28,849 bases of DNA from a virus. Its lineage: Duplodnaviria > Caudoviricetes. Positions within the stretch are counted from its first letter, which is position 1. Each line of letters starts with the position of its first letter. A program made the translations under genes and the position numbers. Shown piece after piece: positions 20,101 through 27,401 of this stretch. A model generated the notes under the pieces. The model was given only the letters and a program-made list of their open reading frames with translations. It ran no database searches and was not told the DNA's origin. The stretch lies in the IMG/VR virus record IMGVR_UViG_3300033388_000633, positions 1 through 28,849 of that record. One strand, given 5' to 3'.

Positions 20101-23100
20101 GGGAGAAATAGTAAATAATGTGTTTGCTGGTCCTGACAATAGCCCCGGAGAAAAAGCTTTGTTGCTTTATTTTATGACCGCTGGTATTCAGTATTCTAAA
20201 ACTGGGAAAGAAGATATTACACAGTTTAGAGATGCTATAAAAAAAGACATTCAAAACATATATAATCGAAGCTATAAAAGAGTGCCAGCTTCAATAGCGG
20301 CTAATTACAAAAAATTAGGAATACGTCCTGACGCAACTGACCAGGAAGTAGTAGACGCTTATTTAAAGGCTTCCGAAAAATATGAAGATAAAGGCGGTTA
20401 CAGAGATCCTAATAAAATGGAAGAGTTTATGGAGCTTCATGAGGCTTACACCACTGTTAAAAACCATAGAGGACAAAAATCCAACATAGAACAAGGGTTG
20501 GGGGAAATAGCTAAACAAGAACAACAAGATAAATCTAATCAAGAGCGATATGATCATTTAGATGATTTAGCAATTAAAACTACAGATCCTAGAACTGTAA
20601 TGTTGGGGATTCCAACCTCAACTGAAAATTTAACAACCCTACCTTCAGAACAAAGGATATTAGAAGAAATGCAACCCACGTTTAATGCGGAGGAAGCTAA
20701 CTTTTGGGCTAACAAGAGTGAAGTAGAGATTAAAGATTCTTATGGTTATATAAATAATTTAGTAAAACAAGGCGAAGTTACATCACTTCAAGGAGAACAC
20801 ATGAAGCAACAAATTTCTAATGTTCGTGAAATGATGAAAGGATTAGAGGTGATTGAAAACCCTGAAGCCAAGGCAGAGGCTTATGATTTATCTAATGAAT
20901 TAATTCAACAAGAAAGATTATTAAACCTATATCAATCATCAAAAGTGTCTCCATCTCAAAAAATCAAGCAAGTTGAAGCTAGAATAAAAGAGATTAATAG
21001 TCGATTAACCGAAATAGGAAATAACATTGAAGCACCCGCAAGTCCTATAGAAAAAGCGCAAAATGAATTCAACAGGCTTTTAGAAGAAAAAAGAATGATT
21101 GAAAGCCCAAGCTTTAGAAGTAGTAACTCTAAAGAATATGTAGAACAAATGTTGAGAGATATTAACGGTAAGATTAGTGCTCAAGAGGAAAAAATGATTA
21201 ACGAGTTTGGTGGTCAGTTTTCTGGGGGAGGTTCTAATAGAGTTTACGTAGAAGAAGTAGGTCCTTCTAAGTCTAAAACCGAAACGGAAAAGGGAGATAG
21301 AATAAAAGTAGGAGAGCAAGAGGTTATTGAGGAAGTTCCTGAAAACTTAGAAAGAGAAAATCCAGAGCTGTTAGACGCAGAGCAAAAATCATCTCGAGAC
21401 CAAAAGATAGAGGAAATGCAAGCAGAGGGAGAACAGGCTAGGATTACTCAACTCAAAGATTACATAAAAGAATTAAAAGAAAAAGGTGGAGATGAAAAGC
21501 GGGTACAGGAATTAGAAAAAGAATTAAACGATTTAGAGTCGAAACAAGTTGAACCATTAAAAACTGAAAAAGATGCCGATAGTGAGCCAGAACCAATGGA
21601 AGTACCTAGCGAAGAACAAGCCGAAAGTGTTCAAGAGACTGAAGAGATACAACCCGATGACGCGACTCCAGGACCTTCCGAAGTCAGCGCCCAACCGAAA
21701 GCCGACAAGACGACCCCACCGAAACGTTACAAGGACCTAAGAGATTCTGAAAACACCTCTGGAGACCCTCAATTAGAAAGAGTATATGGCGAGATTGAAA
21801 GTGAAATTGCTGAAAAAGTTGAAGCTAGAGATAGAAGAGATAGATACGTGAAAGACAGGTCAGCTATGACTACTAAACAACAAGAAGCTACAGACCGAAG
21901 GGTAAATGCGGAAACTAAAGAGGCTGCTTTAGAATACTTAATGAGGTCTAAATGGTATGAAAACGCCACAGACCTACAAAGAGATGCCGCCTTTAAAGAG
22001 GTGAGTTATCGATTTGGAGCGCCTAAGAAGCGATTAAACGCTCAAGACAGAGCTAACCAAGCTGTAGGGAATAAAGGACGTCAGAAGTTCGTAGATGAGC
22101 TCCAAATGCTTAAAGATCAATTTAAGATAGCTAATAAGGCTGGGAAAGATGTTAGGTATATAGTAGACAATATTCGTAAATATGTAGATCGAAACTTCAC
22201 TTCTAAAAAAGGAGGGGTAAAAATCAACTGGACTACCGGTGACGCTAAGAAGCTTTATAAAAACCTAACAGATGAAAGAGCTGTTCTAGAAAAAGCTTAC
22301 ACAAATAAAAACGGAGACAGGATTAAAAAGTCTATTGCTCGTTTAGAAGAAATAACGAAAGAGATAGACCAGCTTATAGAAAACAAAACTCGCCCTACTT
22401 ATGTAGCGTGGTTAAAAGAAAATACGGTAGTAGATAATTTAACTACTGAGTCTGGTAGTGCTCAAATCTCGGTGAATAAAATTAAAGAACTAAGACAGTA
22501 TGTGGATAATTTAAAAAAACCATTTGAGGAAATGACCACTACCGAACTAGAGCAAACTATTAGTGATGTTCAACAAATTATAAAAGAAGGTAAAGACGCT
22601 AAAACATTAGAGAGAAGTCGTAAGCAAAAATCTCAAATGGAAAATAAGGGTAAAATAGCAAAAGAGTTATATGTTGAAGGGGAAGATTTTAGCCAAGATG
22701 TAAACACCTACGAGGAGGCTGAGGCATATTTAGGATCTCAGAAAACTGACCTTAAACAACCCTTAAAAACTTTAGAATTAGACCAAGAAAAAACTTTTAA
22801 AAACGAACAAGGAGAAGAGGTGTCGTTAGAAAAAGGAATTAGCGACAAGCGATCAAAATTAAGAAAATTAAGAGAAGAGGCAGAAAATATTGAAGAGGAA
22901 GTAATTGCTGATGAGGTGGTTGCTGATGAGGTGGTTGCGGAAGAACCTGTCTCAGATGAGGTAATAGAATTAGAACCAATAGACCCAACAGAAGCTGACT
23001 TTTCATCTTATGATGTTAAAAACGCTGAAGAGAATCCAGCATTGGAGCCCTATATTAATTCAGAGGTGGAATCATCTAGAGATATGTTAGGGGGTCCAAA

Positions 23101-23290
23101 AGCTATTCAAGAAACGGCAGAATTAGGAAAAAAATTAGATGCAGACAATGCTAATGTGGTGTTTAAGAGAGATTTAGGGATTGTAGGTGGTCGAAGAATA
23201 TTTGAATTTGAAGTAGAAGGTACAGGAGAAAAATTCTTAATGTACAAATCTAAAGGAGAGGGAACTGGTCCTGAATCAAAAGGAAAATAG
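17168..23290 (+). CDS. Giant putative ejection/cargo protein, N-terminal part (to in-frame TAG)
   Basis: 2040-aa ORF with an acidic low-complexity N-region, G/A-rich hydrophobic helices (~19650-20190), a J-like domain and long coiled coils. Same frame as the next ORF. Confidence 0.7.
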   Translation: MNDKTLESLYKKLGLEANNVSFEDFKGALEEYPEYRDNIFTALVDAKEYTQEERGAFDDLLKKKEETSELVGNQAPTTTTLATDQSAQEAVSASSDLESSQEPQNPQDVIQDEQEVVQAQDDTELQIQQENTQENTPPPVMANATVDQPEITSATPIIENQTDMTPPAEMPDEFAPINADDLMTSKSETGLYPQTQVGFEAGNEEDGNLANKKMDYTFYQIPVSEMEPDQASRVVNYMQENGLTELEARIKNPDIFINQKQLDALEQEREETNEFLEEGVGNIINTIGDDIYNDGLEVTEGENIPSDWSTELYTAPNGSTYDNKLEFINSPEGRQLIMEEKTSIAGGDIMNFDINRHILEDAFVFSGADPEPFGYYKNEDGEWGGPRRMFDYRGLTQESSGPGLQNVFDWGSFINPETNKPYDLTKVKSYDDLSVLWDKMSLHMNDDQAQRIMQEAYNQSINSVNNKIYDYGQNYLDRADQGVSRSYKQLRNAQYDLNLIVNNLAYYEGLDDKMKFAYDSKYTEATGLSYGAYLAQQWDFQQANVETALLEYEQQRSSWYSDETELIDLKTGKLINYADADQETLDYHQNIDESALKLVRRKGNNQGFLDEHLRRSYYNLMAISSTMPDNFAEAWWEGNSYFDVAQGALLEGMVGLSAEANKLFFDDEEMYNNIKEIGNSFSKWGGTDKQTLINSSMYDKNEAPELRDMRMKKLWYLDGNSPWINTFNEALYDFQSANRAVVLNEDYIQKAKLNPENKFNMYTRDLFMSFDYPDTPGTPDDPMSFGKYGPKEAANHWSQVLQQNGVQISDEDMAFMEQTFAEKGIHMSAQMTNFLYKFALTRGMFKGVVGTTGATAAAPQGVYRWDAVTAGLAGLGQSKAYQQSVFLLSSMLQEGLIMEAYQEGFEGGEGMGFLEGAALAGGSGAMNMAWKAINKIPFMAKMPATMEKFLNSQSQVVGGMGGMYTSELVHELGHNKEWGEIVNNVFAGPDNSPGEKALLLYFMTAGIQYSKTGKEDITQFRDAIKKDIQNIYNRSYKRVPASIAANYKKLGIRPDATDQEVVDAYLKASEKYEDKGGYRDPNKMEEFMELHEAYTTVKNHRGQKSNIEQGLGEIAKQEQQDKSNQERYDHLDDLAIKTTDPRTVMLGIPTSTENLTTLPSEQRILEEMQPTFNAEEANFWANKSEVEIKDSYGYINNLVKQGEVTSLQGEHMKQQISNVREMMKGLEVIENPEAKAEAYDLSNELIQQERLLNLYQSSKVSPSQKIKQVEARIKEINSRLTEIGNNIEAPASPIEKAQNEFNRLLEEKRMIESPSFRSSNSKEYVEQMLRDINGKISAQEEKMINEFGGQFSGGGSNRVYVEEVGPSKSKTETEKGDRIKVGEQEVIEEVPENLERENPELLDAEQKSSRDQKIEEMQAEGEQARITQLKDYIKELKEKGGDEKRVQELEKELNDLESKQVEPLKTEKDADSEPEPMEVPSEEQAESVQETEEIQPDDATPGPSEVSAQPKADKTTPPKRYKDLRDSENTSGDPQLERVYGEIESEIAEKVEARDRRDRYVKDRSAMTTKQQEATDRRVNAETKEAALEYLMRSKWYENATDLQRDAAFKEVSYRFGAPKKRLNAQDRANQAVGNKGRQKFVDELQMLKDQFKIANKAGKDVRYIVDNIRKYVDRNFTSKKGGVKINWTTGDAKKLYKNLTDERAVLEKAYTNKNGDRIKKSIARLEEITKEIDQLIENKTRPTYVAWLKENTVVDNLTTESGSAQISVNKIKELRQYVDNLKKPFEEMTTTELEQTISDVQQIIKEGKDAKTLERSRKQKSQMENKGKIAKELYVEGEDFSQDVNTYEEAEAYLGSQKTDLKQPLKTLELDQEKTFKNEQGEEVSLEKGISDKRSKLRKLREEAENIEEEVIADEVVADEVVAEEPVSDEVIELEPIDPTEADFSSYDVKNAEENPALEPYINSEVESSRDMLGGPKAIQETAELGKKLDADNANVVFKRDLGIVGGRRIFEFEVEGTGEKFLMYKSKGEGTGPESKGK
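17350..17466 (+). other. A10 slippery tract with -1 frame extension (KKKRRNFGVGWKSSSYHYYIGYRSVGSGSCFGFFRFRK*)
   Basis: Ten consecutive A at 17350-17359. The -1 frame is open for 38 codons to TAG at 17464-17466. Confidence 0.5.
20303..20464 (+). other. DnaJ J-domain-like segment lacking HPD
   Basis: NYKKLGIRPDATDQEVVDAYLKASEKYEDKGG...EEFMELHEAYTTV aligns by eye to the J-domain consensus YxxLGVxxxAsxxEIKKAYRKLAxKYHPDK...EKFKEINEAYEVL. Confidence 0.7.
21573..21740 (+). CDS. Nested +1-frame small basic protein, 55 aa (MPIVSQNQWKYLAKNKPKVFKRLKRYNPMTRLQDLPKSAPNRKPTRRPHRNVTRT)
   Basis: ATG...TAA ORF inside the giant gene with an A-rich leader (TTAAAAACTGAAAAAG) and a locally raised GC content. Resembles small phage proteins starting MPFKSxxQxxYL. 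Not in the ORF track. Confidence 0.65.
   Translation: MPIVSQNQWKYLAKNKPKVFKRLKRYNPMTRLQDLPKSAPNRKPTRRPHRNVTRT
22905..22938 (+). repeat. 15-bp tandem repeat TTGCTGATGAGGTGG x2.3 (ADEVV repeats)
   Basis: Two exact copies (22905-22919, 22920-22934) plus TTGC, in an acidic linker. Confidence 0.9.
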
Positions 23291-26200
23291 GTTCCATTAA
23301 AATACTTCGCTAAAGACGGTTGGTTTGTTAAAGGAAGAGTAGATAACGAGGGTAACTTAAGTATGGAGCCACTTACTAACGAAAACAATCCGAAGTTTAA
23401 TAAATACGGAAGTGAGACCTTTAAAGAGTTAGCCAAAAAACTAGAAGCTGACGCAGAAGCTGTAAAAAATGAAAACACTACCGAAACTAAAGAAGAGGTT
23501 GCAACAGAAGAAGTGGCGGAAACTAAGAGAACTAAAGAAGATGTACAAAAAGAAATCGAAGCTACTGAAAATGAAATTGAACAATTAGAAGAGGTTTTAA
23601 ATGAACTACCTACTCAAGCAGAATTAGACGCTGCTAGAGACAGGTTGATTAATGAAGCTAGAGATTCAGACGCTATAGATAAAATTGAAAATGCATACGA
23701 AAAAGCTTCTAAACGTTTAAGACAGGAAGAGGCAAGTTCAAGTGTAACTTTTGATCCTAGGGACGGTTTTGTATTGGTTACAACGAAAGACGGAAAGACG
23801 TATCTCGTTAAAAGTAAATCAGACTTAAATAAAATTGACCCAGAGGAATTTGAGTCAGGAACTGGATATGTCAGTAAAGATGTTCAAATTAGTAGACAAC
23901 AACAACAAGCTATTCAAGGTGAAGAATTAAAGGATAAACTAAAAAGCGAAGCGGAAAAAGCTGTTAAAAAGATAGCAAAACCTTTCCATGGAGCCTCTAT
24001 TAAAACTATCAAAACTCTATTAGAAAGAGTGGGTCTAGGTAAGCCAGAACTAAAAGAAGCTACTGTTGATATTTATGAAGACATTGTAGCGGCTAGAAGA
24101 AATATTCAAAAACTTGCTGATGAGTTAACCACATCGCTAAATGAAGTGAAAAAAGAAAACAAAATCACTGATAAGTTTTTATTGAAAGCTAAATCAAAAG
24201 ATGGTAAATCAAGCACAAGAAATATTATAAAACACGAAACTCCAGAATCTTCTTATGAGATTACCAATGACACAGCCGTAGATTTATATATGCTTAAAAT
24301 AGCGGAAGGTAAATACAGGTTAGAGCAAACAGGTGTAGATGTAGCTGAATTGGACTCCTATATGGACGCCAATCCAGAGCTAAAAAAATACGCAGAAGAC
24401 ATGTTAGACTGGTATGAGTCTACAAGACCTTATTTTAAAGATGTGTTTGAAGATGTAACAGGTAGAACTTTTGAGGACTTCAATAGAAACCCTGACGGAG
24501 AAGAGTTGCGTTATATGCCTATTTGGGCAAAAGGCACAAGTGAGAGACCAGGGTCAGATCTTATAACAAGTGATAATTTTACTTTAGGTATAAAAGGCGG
24601 TAAAGATCAAAACTATTCTAGCAGTGTAATGACTGATCGTTTTAAACAAGTAATGAGTAAAGACGGTAGATGGGAGCGCCCTGAAGGTCCATATCAAATG
24701 ACAGGAGCTAACACAAAGGCATTAGATTACATTAAAGAGATGACTCATACTAATGAGATGTGGGATGTCAACCAAAAAATTAAAGGGCTAATTAACCCAC
24801 AAACAGAAGGGAAATTAATTGACATGATGGGAGAAGAGAACTATAGATCTCTTAAGTCTCAATTAGACGAAATAACGGGCGGAGAAAATAAATACCAAAC
24901 TCAAGTTGAGTCTGTTATAAATAAAGTTAATAAAGCTGGTGTGGTATATAGACTAGCATTTAACACCTTGAATATAGCCAAACAAGCAACTACCGCCACT
25001 CATTGGCTTGGAGCTGGAATAAAAGACGGGGTATACCCTTGGGATATGGTGGCGCAGTCCGGATTAAGCGTTACTGACCTGGTTGGTAAAAACGGGAAAG
25101 AAAAGGTAAATTTCATTTGGGATATAATAACAGATCCTCAAATAAAAAATAGATGGAAAAAAACCGCTATAGACCCTGCCTTTGAAGAGTTTATTAATAA
25201 AGCGTCTACCACTAAAGAATGGAGCGTTACCCAAAAGAGAAGAATGTTAGGTAAACTTTTAACTGACATAGGAATGAAGCCTACGCAAGTTGGGGATATG
25301 CTTGGAGTTTTAGGCGGAGGAATTCCTTACGCGTTAGCTTATAGGACGAAGTACATAAAAGACGGATACTCTAAAGCTCAAGCTTCAGAAATGGCTCTAG
25401 GTAAAATGACTAAGCTAATGAACGAGTTACAGCAATCTCAAGAAGGTTACGCTACTACACCACTACAAAGAAGTTTATTAGGTAGAACGTTTGTGACTCA
25501 ATATAAGAGTTCTCAAATTCAAGCTGTAAACAAACAAATGCAAGTAATTCAAGAAATAAGAGATTCTAAAAACGCTACCACTAATGAGAAGGCTCAAATG
25601 GCATACGATTTTATTTATTGGAGCATGTTTAACGCTGGCTTTAGTGCTTTCGCAACAGGATACGCAGCGGATGTATTAGGTCTTAGTGATTCTGACGATA
25701 AAGGTGAAGAACGAACACAACACAACTTTATAGAAGGTATGATGAGTTCACAACTTCAAGGTATGGGTATGTTAGGGTTAGTAGCTGAATTTGGAATGAA
25801 TGAATTTATTGGACAAGACTGGAAAAACAACAACCCAATGATTGACTTTATAAGTGATATTACTGGAGCTGTCTATGAGGCAAGCACAACAGGTATTGGG
25901 GATATGACTGAAAAGGTGGAGAAAGGAGATTTACTAAAAAGTGTAATTGACTTAGAAATAAAAAATAAAATAATTGAAGCCGCTGAAAATGATGGATGGA
26001 GTACGGCTATTGATATGTATGACGATTATATGTTTTCTACACATGGAGATAAATTAGAAGGAGAAGGAGAAGTAAGTAAATTGTGGGCAGAAAAATTTGA
26101 AAAAGAACGAAACGCTTTAATTAAATTTAGTGAAAAAGAAAGCTTTATAAAAGCTATAACCCCCAATGGTTTAGCTAAGATTTTTGATGCAATTTCAGGG

Positions 26201-26389
26201 GATGCAGAATTGTTAGACCTTGTTATTAAGCGAGTTCAAGGATATGATGAAATAAAAGAAAAAGAGAAAAGAAGAGTAGATAAATTATTTGAACTAACTA
26301 AAGGTAAAAAATACATTGAAGACGAACCAAAGAAACAGACTGAGAAAGCGAACGTGTTGAAGTATGAAGACGAAAACTCGGCTTATTGA
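23291..26389 (+). CDS. Giant putative ejection/cargo protein, C-terminal part (in frame with 17168-23290)
   Basis: Bases 23291-23362 are open in the same frame (VPLKYFAKDGWFVKGRVDNEGNLS) and lead into the 1008-aa ORF. LAFNTLNIAKQ and G/A-rich helices resemble the C-terminal helical region of large phage internal proteins. Confidence 0.7.
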   Translation, partial: VPLKYFAKDGWFVKGRVDNEGNLSMEPLTNENNPKFNKYGSETFKELAKKLEADAEAVKNENTTETKEEVATEEVAETKRTKEDVQKEIEATENEIEQLEEVLNELPTQAELDAARDRLINEARDSDAIDKIENAYEKASKRLRQEEASSSVTFDPRDGFVLVTTKDGKTYLVKSKSDLNKIDPEEFESGTGYVSKDVQISRQQQQAIQGEELKDKLKSEAEKAVKKIAKPFHGASIKTIKTLLERVGLGKPELKEATVDIYEDIVAARRNIQKLADELTTSLNEVKKENKITDKFLLKAKSKDGKSSTRNIIKHETPESSYEITNDTAVDLYMLKIAEGKYRLEQTGVDVAELDSYMDANPELKKYAEDMLDWYESTRPYFKDVFEDVTGRTFEDFNRNPDGEELRYMPIWAKGTSERPGSDLITSDNFTLGIKGGKDQNYSSSVMTDRFKQVMSKDGRWERPEGPYQMTGANTKALDYIKEMTHTNEMWDVNQKIKGLINPQTEGKLIDMMGEENYRSLKSQLDEITGGENKYQTQVESVINKVNKAGVVYRLAFNTLNIAKQATTATHWLGAGIKDGVYPWDMVAQSGLSVTDLVGKNGKEKVNFIWDIITDPQIKNRWKKTAIDPAFEEFINKASTTKEWSVTQKRRMLGKLLTDIGMKPTQVGDMLGVLGGGIPYALAYRTKYIKDGYSKAQASEMALGKMTKLMNELQQSQEGYATTPLQRSLLGRTFVTQYKSSQIQAVNKQMQVIQEIRDSKNATTNEKAQMAYDFIYWSMFNAGFSAFATGYAADVLGLSDSDDKGEERTQHNFIEGMMSSQLQGMGMLGLVAEFGMNEFIGQDWKNNNPMIDFISDITGAVYEASTTGIGDMTEKVEKGDLLKSVIDLEIKNKIIEAAENDGWSTAIDMYDDYMFSTHGDKLEGEGEVSKLWAEKFEKERNALIKFSEKESFIKAITPNGLAKIFDAISGDAELLDLVIKRVQGYDEIKEKEKRRVDKLFELTKGKKYIEDEPKKQTEKANVLKYEDENSAY

Positions 26390-26583
26390 TTTACTTTTTT
26401 AGGTTTGTCGTGAGATTTTAATACATCTTTAAGGGTTATAATTAAGGCGCCAACACTGTCGTGAAGCGCCTCAATATCTCTATCTACCAAGTCTTCGTAG
26501 ATATCATCTGTTAAGCCGTTTATTTCCCTCATTAAAGAGTTTATATAAACAAGCCGCCTTATGTCTTGTTGTGGGTCAGACAT
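26383..26583 (-). CDS. Hypothetical protein (66 aa, helical)
   Basis: Last gene of a tightly overlapping minus-strand chain. Its stop overlaps the end of the giant gene. Confidence 0.65.
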   Translation of the reverse strand: MSDPQQDIRRLVYINSLMREINGLTDDIYEDLVDRDIEALHDSVGALIITLKDVLKSHDKPKKVNQ

Positions 26584-26860
26584 CCGGGCAAGGATGATTT
26601 AGTATATTTTTTTCTTCCATAGTTATTTCATCCCACTTATATGTTGGGAGATTTCCGTAATCATCTTCATTGGTGTAATAAGGCTCATTCTTAGTGTTAA
26701 AGAATAAGGGTATCCTTAAACTTAATTCTTCTTGAAGCATAAAAGACATATAAACTTCTCTGTAAGATACTTTATACATTTCCGCTATTTCTTCCAAGGT
26801 TTTACCTTTTACAATATGTAAATGAATACGATCTGCTTGATATTTTGTTAGTGAACCCAT
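26576..26860 (-). CDS. Small helix-turn-helix DNA-binding protein
   Basis: LTKYQADRIHLHIVKGKTLEEIAEMYKVSYREVY fits a sigma-region-4/LuxR-like HTH pattern. Confidence 0.6.
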   Translation of the reverse strand: MGSLTKYQADRIHLHIVKGKTLEEIAEMYKVSYREVYMSFMLQEELSLRIPLFFNTKNEPYYTNEDDYGNLPTYKWDEITMEEKNILNHPCPDV

Positions 26861-27168
26861 CTTAGTTGATTTTTCCGTAGTTTTACTTTCCTGTTTTCTA
26901 AAATTAAATCTAAATATCGATCACACGATATTGTCTCCATGAAATCTACTAAATATTCGTTTCCAGGTCGCAGTTCAAAATAAAATTCTATAAACACTGG
27001 TTCGTTAGTATCTTCCAAATGAAAGACATGTCCTAGAGACATAGGTTCAGTAAGTATGTTATCCATTCGCTCTATCATTTGGATAATGTCTTCCCATTTT
27101 ATATCTTCATAGGTTTGGAGTTGATCGATAAAATCTATTGATAATGTTATTTTAGGTATTTTTACCAT
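26848..27168 (-). CDS. Hypothetical protein (106 aa)
   Basis: ATG-started ORF overlapping both neighbours, with no recognised motif. Confidence 0.65.
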   Translation of the reverse strand: MVKIPKITLSIDFIDQLQTYEDIKWEDIIQMIERMDNILTEPMSLGHVFHLEDTNEPVFIEFYFELRPGNEYLVDFMETISCDRYLDLILENRKVKLRKNQLRWVH

Positions 27169-27400
27169 TGTATATTTCTGTTTTACATCCGTGTTTTTGG
27201 AGTTCTTTCAGCCTGTATTTTTGAAGCTTAGAAAGTCTTCCGGTTGGTTTTTTAATTTCTGAAAACAATACACCTGAATCTGGCGGTATCGCTATAAGGT
27301 CAGGTATACCGTGTTTGTTTGTGGTGATTAATTTAATGACATAATAGCCCTCAGCTTCTAGTTGCTTTATTCTCTTAGCTTGTATGTCTTGTTCTTTCAT
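27152..27400 (-). CDS. VRR-NUC domain (PD-(D/E)XK) nuclease
   Basis: MKEQDIQ...GIPDLIAI...FSEIKKPTGRLSKLQKYR is the VRR-NUC signature. The likely start is the ATG at 27400, just after the upstream stop. Confidence 0.85.
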   Translation of the reverse strand: MKEQDIQAKRIKQLEAEGYYVIKLITTNKHGIPDLIAIPPDSGVLFSEIKKPTGRLSKLQKYRLKELQKHGCKTEIYNGKNT

Positions 27401-27401
27401 T

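Noticed and set aside
1287-23478. Short minus-strand ORFs opposite structural genes (e.g. 1287-1496, 2973-3191, 11544-11819, 14827-15075, 23107-23478)
   Set aside because: Antisense shadows of long + strand genes with S/L/F-biased composition and no motifs.
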